Of a stretch of DNA of 64,000 nucleotides, positions 49,910 to 59,918 are shown piece by piece. Source of the DNA: an uncultured delta proteobacterium (GTDB lineage: Bacteria; Desulfobacterota; Desulfobacteria; Desulfobacterales; QNYZ01); NCBI GenBank assembly GCA_963845145.1, contig CAWJQU010000008.1, forward strand, positions 320,001 through 384,000. Direction: 5' to 3'. The notes under the pieces are model-generated. The model searched no databases and had not been told where the DNA came from. It saw nothing but the letters and a program-made list of their open reading frames with translations. Each line of letters opens with the position of its first letter. Within the stretch, counting starts at the first letter, position 1. The translations under genes and the position numbers were made by a program.

Positions 49910-51376
49910 ATGCTGAAGTTATCCACACTCGATCCCGTAAAATCAAAATGTAAGGCCTTGGCCATCCCGGTGGCTGAAGATAAAAACCTCCACCATGACC
50001 ATGCCATCAATACCCTAATTAAACAGGTCAAAGGGTATAAAGAATTCAAAGGCGCTGAGGGTGATGTCATTGTTTATCACGAACCGCAGCAAATAAATGC
50101 CCGGCGGGTCATTCTGGTCGGTGTTGGCAAAACAGCTGGGATCGATTTTGAAAAATTGCGCATCATGGGTGGCCGGAGCGTAAAGAAAGCCATAGCCCTG
50201 GATCTAACCGATATTGCCATCCTGGTTCCTACTACCAAAGCCCTCAAGCTGAAACCGGAAGATACCATAACCGCTCTTGGTGAGGGTGCCCGCCTGGCCA
50301 ACCATCTCTTTGACAAGTATAAAAAACCCAAACATCCGGCTTTAAAACAGATCAAACTTGTTGTCGCGAAATCGGCCGGTACAAAATACCGCGCCCTTCC
50401 CGGCCGAATCAATACGATCTGCAAGGGAACCCTTCTGGCTCGTGATTGGATCAATATCCCGGCCAATGACAAACCGCCGGCCGTTTTTGCCCGGAAAATC
50501 AAACAGGCGGCCCAAAAGGCCGGTGTAAAGGTTGAGATCAAAGATGAGCAATGGCTGAAAAAAAATCATTTCAACACCATGCTGGCCGTCGCTCAAGGAA
50601 GCCGCAACCGGCCACGATTGGTCGTATTAAAGCATCAACCCAAAGGCGCTAAAAAATCGGTTGTGTTAGTAGGGAAAGGTGTCACTTTTGATTCCGGTGG
50701 CCTTAACCTAAAACCTACGGGTTCTATCGAAACGATGAAGTGTGATATGTCCGGGGCCGCTGCTATGGCGGCAACACTCATTACCGCCGCGCAATGTAAT
50801 CTGAACATTAACCTGGTGGGTGTTCTTCCCGTTGTGGAGAATATGCCCTCGGGAAACGCCTTTCGGCCGGGAGATATCATCAAGACCTGGGCGGGTAAAA
50901 CCGTTGAAATCGGCAACACAGATGCCGAAGGACGTTTGATCCTGATCGATGCCATGGCATGGGCCATCGATACCTTCGCCCCACAGGTAACGATTGATAT
51001 GGCCACATTAACCGGTGCCTGCATGGTGGCACTGGGTGAGCATATCGCCGGCGTTTTTACTTCTGACAATTCCCTGGCCGACGCCCTTACGCAGGCTGGT
51101 GAATACACCCATGAACGTTGCTGGCGGTTGCCCCTGCCCGAGGATTATAAAGAACAGCTCAAAAGTGATGTGGCCGATACAGGTAATATCAGCAGCGGCC
51201 GCTGGGGCGGTGCTATTACGGCGGCCTTGTTTTTATCTGAATTTGCCAAGAATACCCGATGGGCCCACATCGACATCGCCGGGCCGGCCTTTTTGAAAAA
51301 GGGGAGCGCTTACGGCGAGGCTGGTGGCACAGGTTTCGGCGTGCGACTTCTGCACCGATTCTTAGAAACGCTCTAA
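49910..51376 (+). CDS. pepA: leucyl aminopeptidase (M17)
   Basis: GKGVTFDSGG, MKCDMSG, NTDAEGRL, ATLTGA, HIDIAG. Confidence 0.96.
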   Translation: MLKLSTLDPVKSKCKALAIPVAEDKNLHHDHAINTLIKQVKGYKEFKGAEGDVIVYHEPQQINARRVILVGVGKTAGIDFEKLRIMGGRSVKKAIALDLTDIAILVPTTKALKLKPEDTITALGEGARLANHLFDKYKKPKHPALKQIKLVVAKSAGTKYRALPGRINTICKGTLLARDWINIPANDKPPAVFARKIKQAAQKAGVKVEIKDEQWLKKNHFNTMLAVAQGSRNRPRLVVLKHQPKGAKKSVVLVGKGVTFDSGGLNLKPTGSIETMKCDMSGAAAMAATLITAAQCNLNINLVGVLPVVENMPSGNAFRPGDIIKTWAGKTVEIGNTDAEGRLILIDAMAWAIDTFAPQVTIDMATLTGACMVALGEHIAGVFTSDNSLADALTQAGEYTHERCWRLPLPEDYKEQLKSDVADTGNISSGRWGGAITAALFLSEFAKNTRWAHIDIAGPAFLKKGSAYGEAGGTGFGVRLLHRFLETL

Positions 51377-51459
51377 AGTCCTAAGGCTGAGTTCCACCCG
51401 CAGTGCGGGTGGGCTCAGGAGAGCCCTACGGCGGCGGGAATACCCTGTCGCCCCTTTAG
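51373..51459. other. double-hairpin structured element between convergent genes
   Basis: CTGAG..CCACCCGC/GCGGGTGG..CTCAG and GGCGGCGGG/CCCTGTCGCC hairpins enclosed by CTAAAG/CTTTAG. Confidence 0.55.
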
Positions 51460-51481
51460 ATTACATAAATTGAGAAGCGAG

Positions 51482-52441
51482 CTATAGATGGATTTTGAGT
51501 AGGTAAATATTGTCTTCAATTAAAAATTGTTGGTCTACCACATATTTTTTATCGGGCAACAAATCGATCACAACCCTAGTTTTCGCACGGTCCTCAAAAT
51601 GCCGCCCCAGACGGATGGATCGAACGATGCCGCTATTGACATCAATCCGCTTTTCCAGTTTTGAAGCCGGTCGCAAACCATAAAAATCGCACACCACTCT
51701 CGGGCGGGCGCCGGTAATCACCTCTGTTTTGGGAAGACAGTAATCGTCGAGCTCAATGAGGATTTTTCCGCCTTCAACGGTCAGGCTATCCGTTCGAATG
51801 GCTTTGATAAGGCCCTCTTTATTTACAGCCGGGGAAGGAGGCCCCTCTGAAAAGAGCATTCGGTGCGCCCAACCGCTACGTCCATCTTCGGTATGGATCT
51901 GAAGCCAGGCCCCTTCTTCGTCAATGACATTGACCTGCTCCCCTTTATAAAGAAACGATTTAATCGCGGCATCCTTCGCTGCTTCCTGCCGAACCCGCCC
52001 CGTCGGGACGCGCACATAAAGAGACGTTGAGCGCGTTGATGAAACAATCTCGGCCTGGGTTTCAACTCTTGTTTCACTTTTCATGACACCATGTTCTTCC
52101 GCAACCTTTTGGCCATCCGGTGTGATATCGGACTGAGCAACCGCTTGAGTATCGAGCGGCACTCGTATTTTGACCTGCATATCGGGTAACGGTATGGCGC
52201 CTTGCGTATCGTGTTCCGGAATCACGTTCACAATGGCAAAACGGGTTGGCGGCGGTTCCTTTTGTGCCGCAGCAGCATCATAGTTAGACAATCCATCGGC
52301 ACTGATACCGATAAGGAAATAATAGATGATACCCGTGGCCACTACGAATAAAGCCAGCGAGGCTATCAGGGCACCCACCGAGGTGGCCCCTGATGGGCTG
52401 ATTGATCGAAATTTTCGAATGGCAGGTTGGGTGAAGCGCAT
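51482..52441 (-). CDS. membrane-anchored SH3b + AMIN-like domain protein
   Basis: N-terminal TM; GRVRQE..KGEQV..WLQI..GW SH3; PRVVCDF..VRSIRLG..TRVVIDL AMIN. Confidence 0.75.
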   Translation of the reverse strand: MRFTQPAIRKFRSISPSGATSVGALIASLALFVVATGIIYYFLIGISADGLSNYDAAAAQKEPPPTRFAIVNVIPEHDTQGAIPLPDMQVKIRVPLDTQAVAQSDITPDGQKVAEEHGVMKSETRVETQAEIVSSTRSTSLYVRVPTGRVRQEAAKDAAIKSFLYKGEQVNVIDEEGAWLQIHTEDGRSGWAHRMLFSEGPPSPAVNKEGLIKAIRTDSLTVEGGKILIELDDYCLPKTEVITGARPRVVCDFYGLRPASKLEKRIDVNSGIVRSIRLGRHFEDRAKTRVVIDLLPDKKYVVDQQFLIEDNIYLLKIHL

Positions 52442-52686
52442 AAATCCTATCTATCAAGAATCGTCGGAAAGAACAAACTTGAACAAATATCCAAACTTGA
52501 ACGCCGATTTTTAAAAAAACGCGAATACCGTTCTTTATCTGCAATAGGCAAAAAGATCAACAGTGGACAATCGCTGGGAAAAACCATTTAAATATGATAT
52601 CATCTAATGATGCAATACCCGTCCAAAGCACATCCGTCAATCCACTGTTTAACCAACGGTCACCCCGGCCCTGAAAGGAGGAACAT

Positions 52687-54372
52687 ATGGCAAGCGCGAT
52701 TGGATACAGGGACAAACCATGGCTTTCGAATTATGAAGATGGTGTACCTGAACATGTAGATTTTGATAAAACATGCGTGCCGCAATTTCTGGAAAAATCA
52801 GCCGAACGGTATCCGGATACCACGGCCCTTATCTTCCAGGGGTATAAGATCTCCTACCGGGATCTGAACATCATGGCCGACACCTTCGCCACCTGCCTTG
52901 CCGATTTCGGTATTAAAAAAGGTGATCGTGTGGCCATCCTGCTACCCAATCTGATTCCTTGTGTGGCCGCCTACTACGCTGCTTTAAAACTCGGGGCGAT
53001 CATCGTGATGAACAACCCCCTGTATTCCGATCGGGAGCTCGAGCATCAATTTAACGATTCGAAATCAAAAATTTTAATCACGCTGGACCTGCTGGGAAAT
53101 CGGATGATCGATTTAAGGCCGAAAACGAGCATTAAGCAGATCGTATATACTTCCATCGGCGACTACCTGCCATTTCCTAAGAATCTATTGTTCCCATTGG
53201 TTGGCAAGAAAAAGGGGCTGGCGGCGAAGGTAAAACCGGCCGATCAGGTCTACCGTTGGAAAGCGCTTATCGCCGGCGCATCGCCCATCCGCTCGGATGT
53301 GGATATCGACTTTGAAGATATCGCCATGTACCAATATACCGGCGGTACGACCGGCGTTTCAAAAGGCGTGATGCTTTCCCATAGTAACTTAAGCAGCAAT
53401 GTCCAACAGGTGCGCCATTGGTTTCCCCAATTTAAATATGCTGAAGAAACCATGTTGGGAGCCCTGCCCTTTTTTCATGTTTTCGGCATGACGACCGCCA
53501 TGAATTTTGCCATCTACATGGGCTGGGGCAACATCCTCGTTCCCAAACCCCAACCGGAACCCCTGCTGGAAGCCATCGCGAAATTCAAGCCGACCTTTGC
53601 CCCGTTAGTTCCCACCATGTATATAGGTATGCTCAACCACCCCAATATTAAAACCGTCGATTTAACATCCATTAAAGGCTGTTTTTCGGGAAGCGCACCT
53701 TTGCCGGTGGAAGTGATCAAGGAATTCGAAGAAAGAACCGGGGCAGTCATTGTGGAAGGGTATGGATTAACCGAGTCCACACCTGTCACTCATATCAACC
53801 CGTTTGCCGGTGGGAAAAGGAAGGTTGGCAGCATCGGACTTCCCATCCCCGATACCGAATGCAGAATTGTGGATATCGAAGATGGCACAGAGGATCAGCC
53901 TGTTGGCGAATCCGGGGAGCTTATTGTTAAAGGCCCCATGGTGATGAAGGGTTATCTAAATCGACCTGAAGAGACCGAGCAAACCGTCACGGACGGATGG
54001 CTCCACACTGGTGATATCGGCACTATGGATGAAGAAGGTTATTTTTATATTGTGGACCGCAAAAAGGATATGATCATCTGCGGCGGTTACAATGTCTATC
54101 CCCGGGATATCGAAGAGGTCCTTTATGAGCATCCCAGCATCATGGAAGCGGCGGTCATTGGTGTACCACATGCGACACGGGGTGAGCAGGTGAAAGCCTT
54201 TATCGTCCTGAAAGAGGGTGAAACGGTATCCGATAAAGAACTTATCGAATACTGCAAAGGGAAGCTCGCCACCTACAAGTTACCCACCATGATTGAGTTT
54301 AGGCAAGAGCTGCCGAAAACCAACGTCGGCAAAGTATTAAAAAAAGATTTGAGAAAAGAAGAAACGGAATAA
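52687..54372 (+). CDS. fadD: long-chain fatty-acid-CoA ligase
   Basis: YTGGTTGVSKG, EGYGLTE, WLHTGD, IVDRKKD, LPKTNVGK. Confidence 0.92.
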   Translation: MASAIGYRDKPWLSNYEDGVPEHVDFDKTCVPQFLEKSAERYPDTTALIFQGYKISYRDLNIMADTFATCLADFGIKKGDRVAILLPNLIPCVAAYYAALKLGAIIVMNNPLYSDRELEHQFNDSKSKILITLDLLGNRMIDLRPKTSIKQIVYTSIGDYLPFPKNLLFPLVGKKKGLAAKVKPADQVYRWKALIAGASPIRSDVDIDFEDIAMYQYTGGTTGVSKGVMLSHSNLSSNVQQVRHWFPQFKYAEETMLGALPFFHVFGMTTAMNFAIYMGWGNILVPKPQPEPLLEAIAKFKPTFAPLVPTMYIGMLNHPNIKTVDLTSIKGCFSGSAPLPVEVIKEFEERTGAVIVEGYGLTESTPVTHINPFAGGKRKVGSIGLPIPDTECRIVDIEDGTEDQPVGESGELIVKGPMVMKGYLNRPEETEQTVTDGWLHTGDIGTMDEEGYFYIVDRKKDMIICGGYNVYPRDIEEVLYEHPSIMEAAVIGVPHATRGEQVKAFIVLKEGETVSDKELIEYCKGKLATYKLPTMIEFRQELPKTNVGKVLKKDLRKEETE

Positions 54373-54398
54373 GGCAACCCGTCGTCGGACTGAGTCCC

Positions 54399-55058
54399 AT
54401 GCCAGGTAAAAAACGAAAATCCGGCCCCGCCAATTACGCCAAGCGGCTGGTCTATGAACAGGATGAAAAAAAGCACACTTGGCTGACCATGCTGCTAAAG
54501 GCCTACGCCGTCACCGATGCGGGAATTGACCTGGCAGTAAAGAGCATGGAAACGCGGGGCTTCCGGCTGGCATGCGCCAAGGGTTGTGCAGCTTGTTGCG
54601 TAACCCATCGATCGATCCCGGTATATCCTCTGGAACTGGTGGGCATCACCTGGTATGCCACGGAAAAACTGGCCGACCCGGTTCGGGCCGGTCTGAAAAA
54701 GCAATTGCTCGATCACCAAAAAGGTGATCCTTGTGCCTTTTTGGTTGATAATGCCTGCGCCATCCACCCCCTACGCCCCATGGCCTGCCGCCAATTTAAT
54801 GTCTTCAGCCAACGTTGTGTCGAAGGGGAAGACGCATACTACACCCGGCGTCAAGACGTGTTGACGCCTCTTGAAAAGTACTCCCGGCAAGCGTTTATAA
54901 TGATGCTACCTTTTTACGGTGTCATAAAAATGGCTGAACGGCGCAAGGTCGCCCGGAAAGGGCTGCATCACACCATGGCCAAAGATATGCAGACCATGAA
55001 CTGGGATTCGCTATCAACAAAAATGGAAATTTTCGACCGGCGCCATTCGTCGCCTTGA
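54399..55058 (+). CDS. YkgJ-family cysteine-cluster protein
   Basis: CAKGCAACC, CAFL, CAIHPLRPMACR. Confidence 0.85.
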   Translation: MPGKKRKSGPANYAKRLVYEQDEKKHTWLTMLLKAYAVTDAGIDLAVKSMETRGFRLACAKGCAACCVTHRSIPVYPLELVGITWYATEKLADPVRAGLKKQLLDHQKGDPCAFLVDNACAIHPLRPMACRQFNVFSQRCVEGEDAYYTRRQDVLTPLEKYSRQAFIMMLPFYGVIKMAERRKVARKGLHHTMAKDMQTMNWDSLSTKMEIFDRRHSSP

Positions 55059-55082
55059 CGCCGCCCTGAAAGGAGAAGCCCC

Positions 55083-56690
55083 TTGGTCGATTTCGCGTAT
55101 ACAACCATGTTTCCCCTAAACGCCGATCAAACCAACTACCGGCTATTGACAACCGAATCCGTTTCTAACGGATCATTTGAGAACCGCCCGATGATAAAAA
55201 TCAAGCCGGAAGGGTTGACGCTTTTGAGTGAAACCGCTTTTACGGAGGTATCCCACCGATTGCGGACATCCCATATGAATTTATTGGCAAAAATCATAGA
55301 CGATCCTGATGCATCTCACAACGACCGCTATGTGGCCCTGGAAATGATTAAAAATGCGGTAATCGCCGCTGAAATGGAATTCCCCATGTGCCAGGATACG
55401 GGAACAGCCATTATTATCGGTAAAAAAGGGCAGCAGGTCTGGACGGATACCGATGATGCCGAGGCGCTATCCCAAGGGGTATTCAACGCCTATACCCATG
55501 GAAATCTACGCTATTCCCAGAATGCGCCTCTGACCATGTATGAAGAAAAAAATACCGGTTGCAATCTGCCGGCTCAGATTGATCTGTACGCCACCCAGGG
55601 GAATACGTACACTTTTTTATTTATTGCCAAAGGCGGTGGCTCGGCCAACAAGACCTATCTTTACCAGGAGACCAAAGCTGTACTAAACCCCGAGTCGCTG
55701 GTGGCGTTCATGGGTGCAAAAATGAAAACCTTGGGAACGGCGGCTTGCCCGCCGTATCACCTCGCTTTTGTGGTCGGCGGTACCTCGGCGGAGATGACTT
55801 TGAAAACCGTCAAGCTCGCCTCCACAGGCTATCTGGACGGACTACCCACCCAAGGCGACCAATCCGGCCATGCCTTTCGGGACCTGGCGTTGGAACAAAC
55901 CATATTGCAGCTCTCCCGTGATATGGGCATCGGCGCCCAGTTCGGAGGCAAGTACTTTTGCCACGACGTCTGCGTGGTGAGACTGCCACGACACGGCGCC
56001 TCCTGCCCCATCGGCATCGGCGTTTCCTGCAGTGCGGATCGCAACATCAAAGCCAAAATAACCACGGACGGGATTTTTTTAGAACAACTGGAAACCGATC
56101 CGGCCCGATTTCTACCCGAACCCTCCGGCGCAGACGAACCCGCCGTGGCCATTGACCTCAATCAACCCATGGAAAAAATCCGTACGGAGTTAAGCCGCTA
56201 CCCGGTAGCCACCCGGCTCTCTTTGAGCGGCACAATTGTCGTCGCACGGGACATCGCCCACGCCAAACTTAACGAAGCGTTGCATAATGGCGAGGGGCTT
56301 CCTTCATATTTCAAAAATCACATCATTTACTATGCCGGGCCGGCCAAAACCCCGCCGGGACGCGCTTCCGGCGCCTTTGGCCCCACCACCGCCGGACGTA
56401 TGGATCCCTATGTTGCCCCGTTTCAGAAGAACGGCGGATCGATGGTTATGCTTGCTAAGGGTAATCGCTCGAAAGTGGTAACAGACGCCTGTAAAAAATA
56501 CGGCGGTTTCTATTTGGGCTCCATTGGCGGCCCAGCCGCTAGGTTGGGAAAAGAGTGCATAACCCACGTCGAAACCATCGCCTACCCTGAATTGGGGATG
56601 GAAGCGATTTTTTCAATAACCGTCAAGGATTTTCCTGCCTTTATTATCGTGGATGACAAGGGTAATGATTTTTTTGAAAATCTTTTGTGA
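55083..56690 (+). CDS. class I (Fe-S) fumarate hydratase
   Basis: [40 protein letters not shown] start. Confidence 0.95.
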   Translation: MVDFAYTTMFPLNADQTNYRLLTTESVSNGSFENRPMIKIKPEGLTLLSETAFTEVSHRLRTSHMNLLAKIIDDPDASHNDRYVALEMIKNAVIAAEMEFPMCQDTGTAIIIGKKGQQVWTDTDDAEALSQGVFNAYTHGNLRYSQNAPLTMYEEKNTGCNLPAQIDLYATQGNTYTFLFIAKGGGSANKTYLYQETKAVLNPESLVAFMGAKMKTLGTAACPPYHLAFVVGGTSAEMTLKTVKLASTGYLDGLPTQGDQSGHAFRDLALEQTILQLSRDMGIGAQFGGKYFCHDVCVVRLPRHGASCPIGIGVSCSADRNIKAKITTDGIFLEQLETDPARFLPEPSGADEPAVAIDLNQPMEKIRTELSRYPVATRLSLSGTIVVARDIAHAKLNEALHNGEGLPSYFKNHIIYYAGPAKTPPGRASGAFGPTTAGRMDPYVAPFQKNGGSMVMLAKGNRSKVVTDACKKYGGFYLGSIGGPAARLGKECITHVETIAYPELGMEAIFSITVKDFPAFIIVDDKGNDFFENLL

Positions 56691-56797
56691 TTTTCGAATC
56701 GAATGTCATCGGGGTTGCCCTCATCGGGGAGGATCGAGTTGGACTGAATTTTAATCCGGTTTGCACAATGGGCGTCAAATAAAGAGCGGTCACCCAA

Positions 56798-58408
56798 ATG
56801 AGAACCCAGGGCTCCAACCAAATTCAGCATCAACATCCAATGCGTCATGTCCTATCCATTGATCTGGGGAGCAGCGGATATAAGGTTGCAGTAGTGTCCC
56901 AAACAGGAGAGGTTATCGCCAGCGCCGAAGGAAATATCGACACCCAAATGCTACCCCAAGGAGGTGCCGAGCAAGATCCCAAAATATGGTGGCAAAAAAT
57001 AAAAAAAGGCGCCACGACCGTCATTTCCGAATCCGGAATTCCACCTAAAGATATCGTCGCCGTCGGCTGCGATTCCCAGTGGTCGGTTGTGGTCCCCGTC
57101 AATCGACACGGCAACCCGTTGATGAATGCCGTCCATTGGCTGGACACGCGTGGCGGAAAGTATAACCGGCGCATGGCGAATGGCTTCCCAAAGGTTCAGG
57201 GGTATGGTCTCTTAAAATTAATGCGATGGATCAAAATGACGGGACTGGTCCCTTCCCAGTCAGGATTCGATTCGCTCGGACATGTGTTGTTCATTAAAAA
57301 TGAAAGGCCGGATATTTATGCGCAGACCTATAAATTCCTTGAGCCGATGGATTTTATCACCGCCCAACTGACCGGTAAAATCACGGCCACCCAAAAGACA
57401 ATGGTCCCCTTTGTTCTGGTGGACACCCGCTCATGGGGAACCAGCCGGTACAGCGAAGAACTTCTGAATATGGCCGGGTTGGACAAGGACAAGTTTCCCC
57501 GCCTAATAGCCAATGACGGTATTGTCGGCCCGCTATCGCCAAAAATTGCTCGCGAAATCGGTCTTAATCCGTCAACCCCAGTCATTGCCGGGACAGGTGA
57601 TTTAGCAGCCTCGGTTATTGGCTCCGGGGCGGTGACGGATTTTGACCCGATTATTTATATCGGCACTTCTTTGTATATCACCTGTCAATTACCGTTCAAA
57701 AAGACCGACCTGACCCACTTTATGACATCGTTGCCAAGTCCGTTCAAATCCAAATATCTGCTATTGGGTGAACAGGGGATCGGCGGACGGTGTGTGGACT
57801 TCTTCTTGAACCATATGATTTACCCCGATGATGAATTTAACACCGGTACCCGTCCTGAAGATGCCTATCGCCGTTTTAATACGATGGCAACCAGAGCGTC
57901 TGCAGGCTGCAGCGGGGTCATTTTTCTGCCCTGGTTGAACGGTTCTTTGGTCCCCAGTGAAAATCCTTTCATCCGCGGTGGCTTTATGAACTTATCGCTT
58001 AACACCACACGAAGCCACATGGCCCGCGCTATTATGGAAGGCCTGGCCTACAACAGTCGTTGGACTTCAAAGGCCGTCGAAAAATTTACTGGTCGATCCA
58101 TTGAACGGTTCACCTTTTCCGGCGGTGGAGCCTTATCGGACGTGTGGGCCCAGATTCACGCCGATGTGCTGGGTGTTCCGATCCGCCAGATCGACGATCC
58201 GGTTCACACCACCGTTCGTGGAACAGCCTGGTTAGCATTGATCACGTTGGGCTACCTGTCGATCGATGACATTCCGCAACTGGTCAAAATCAAGCATGTA
58301 TTTAAGCCTGATGAATCCAACCGGGCTGTTTATGATAAGATGTACAGTCAATACCGACAATTGTTCAAAAAGAATAAAAAAATATTTAAAGTGTTGAATA
58401 CCCGTTAA
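56798..58408 (+). CDS. FGGY-family kinase (xylulokinase-like, substrate unknown)
   Basis: IDLGSS, EQDP..WW, WLDTRG, GTGD, GTS, FLPWL, SGGGA.S..WAQI.ADV. Confidence 0.9.
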   Translation: MRTQGSNQIQHQHPMRHVLSIDLGSSGYKVAVVSQTGEVIASAEGNIDTQMLPQGGAEQDPKIWWQKIKKGATTVISESGIPPKDIVAVGCDSQWSVVVPVNRHGNPLMNAVHWLDTRGGKYNRRMANGFPKVQGYGLLKLMRWIKMTGLVPSQSGFDSLGHVLFIKNERPDIYAQTYKFLEPMDFITAQLTGKITATQKTMVPFVLVDTRSWGTSRYSEELLNMAGLDKDKFPRLIANDGIVGPLSPKIAREIGLNPSTPVIAGTGDLAASVIGSGAVTDFDPIIYIGTSLYITCQLPFKKTDLTHFMTSLPSPFKSKYLLLGEQGIGGRCVDFFLNHMIYPDDEFNTGTRPEDAYRRFNTMATRASAGCSGVIFLPWLNGSLVPSENPFIRGGFMNLSLNTTRSHMARAIMEGLAYNSRWTSKAVEKFTGRSIERFTFSGGGALSDVWAQIHADVLGVPIRQIDDPVHTTVRGTAWLALITLGYLSIDDIPQLVKIKHVFKPDESNRAVYDKMYSQYRQLFKKNKKIFKVLNTR

Positions 58409-58475
58409 TCGTTTCACTTTTCGGCCACCCAACGGCCACGATACTTGACGAATCAATATTACAAAGGAGCTGTCC

Positions 58476-59894
58476 ATGTCTGATAATGAGGCCCAAGACC
58501 AAAATCCGGATCCCTTCAAACCGTACAAAGGCCGATTTGAAACCTATGCCCAGATTCCCCCCGAGGGTCGAGATAAAACCGAAATTATTGGCGAGTTAAC
58601 GGAAATGGCCCAAGAGGAAAACGCTCACTGGCAAAATGGGCGGGTTTCGGGCACCTTTTACCACGCCGGGGAGGCCCATCGCGCGTTTTTAAACCAAGTA
58701 TTTTCTCTCTTCTCCCATGAAAATACGATTCAATTTGATCTGTGCCCAAGCATGTTTAAAATGGAAAGTGAAATCATTTCCATGACGGCTAAAATGCTCA
58801 ACGGCGATGCGGTTACAATGAACGACGCCGAAGAACAAGTATGCGGTACGATGACTTCCGGCGGGACCGAAAGCATTTTGATGGCCATGATGGCCTATCG
58901 CAACCGCGCCCGTGAGGAAAGCGGCATTACGACACCGGAAATCATCATGCCCCATACAGCCCACCCGGCATTTGACAAGGCGGCCAACTATTTCGGGATC
59001 AAAATGGTGCATGTCCCGGTTTCGGAGCCGGATTTTAAAGTTGACCCCAAGGCGGTCGCCGCCCATATAAATTCGAACACGGTGGCGGTTGTCGGCAGTG
59101 CCGGCAACTACCCCTATGGTCTGATCGATCCGCTGGAACAGTTATCCGAGTTGGCGTTAAAACATGGAATCGGTTTTCACGTGGACAGCTGCCTGGGCGG
59201 GTTTATTTTTCCCTGGCTGGAAAAGCTGGGGTACGACATTCCGACTTTCGATTTCAGATTGCCGGGCGTGACCTCCATGTCGGCCGACACGCATAAATAC
59301 GGATTTGCATTGAAAGGTACATCAGTCGTTCTCTATCGCAACAATAACCTGCGCCGCTATCAGTACTTCAATATTCCCGACTGGCCCGGCGGCATGTATG
59401 CTTCCCCCACCGCCGCCGGTAGCCGCTCCGGAGGTCTCACCGCAGCCACCTGGGCCGCCATGGTTTACCTAGGCGAAGAGGGATATTTAAAAGCTGCGAC
59501 AGATATCATGGCCGTGGCCGATAAAATTAAGGCGGGTATTGTTGAGATACCGGAACTCCTTCTCAATGGCGACCCCACCTTTGTGATCAGTTTTCGCTCT
59601 GAAGTGGTCGATGTCTACCACATCAACGACTTTATGAAGACAAAGGGATGGCGCTTTAACGTCTTACAGCTACCGCCTGCGTTACATTTTTGCGTCACCA
59701 TGCCCCAGACTTTTGTCGCCGACGTGGCTGAGCAGTTTTTGAGGGATTTACACGCGGGCGTCGACTATGCCAAGTCTAAATCCGGAACAGAAGCTGAAAC
59801 AACGGCATTGTATGGCCTGGCAGGCACAGTCGAAGGTAACCGCCAGGTGACCGATCTCACCTTCGGTTTTTTTGATTACCTGTATGCGGTGTGA
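58476..59894 (+). CDS. sphingosine-1-phosphate-lyase-like group II PLP enzyme
   Basis: GRVSGTFYH, TSGGTESI, AHPAFDKA, HVDSCLGGF, SADTHKYGFALKG, DWPGGMYASP, GSR, LQLPPALHFC. Confidence 0.85.
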   Translation: MSDNEAQDQNPDPFKPYKGRFETYAQIPPEGRDKTEIIGELTEMAQEENAHWQNGRVSGTFYHAGEAHRAFLNQVFSLFSHENTIQFDLCPSMFKMESEIISMTAKMLNGDAVTMNDAEEQVCGTMTSGGTESILMAMMAYRNRAREESGITTPEIIMPHTAHPAFDKAANYFGIKMVHVPVSEPDFKVDPKAVAAHINSNTVAVVGSAGNYPYGLIDPLEQLSELALKHGIGFHVDSCLGGFIFPWLEKLGYDIPTFDFRLPGVTSMSADTHKYGFALKGTSVVLYRNNNLRRYQYFNIPDWPGGMYASPTAAGSRSGGLTAATWAAMVYLGEEGYLKAATDIMAVADKIKAGIVEIPELLLNGDPTFVISFRSEVVDVYHINDFMKTKGWRFNVLQLPPALHFCVTMPQTFVADVAEQFLRDLHAGVDYAKSKSGTEAETTALYGLAGTVEGNRQVTDLTFGFFDYLYAV

Positions 59895-59918
59895 ATCTAC
59901 ATATTGCCAATATGCAGA

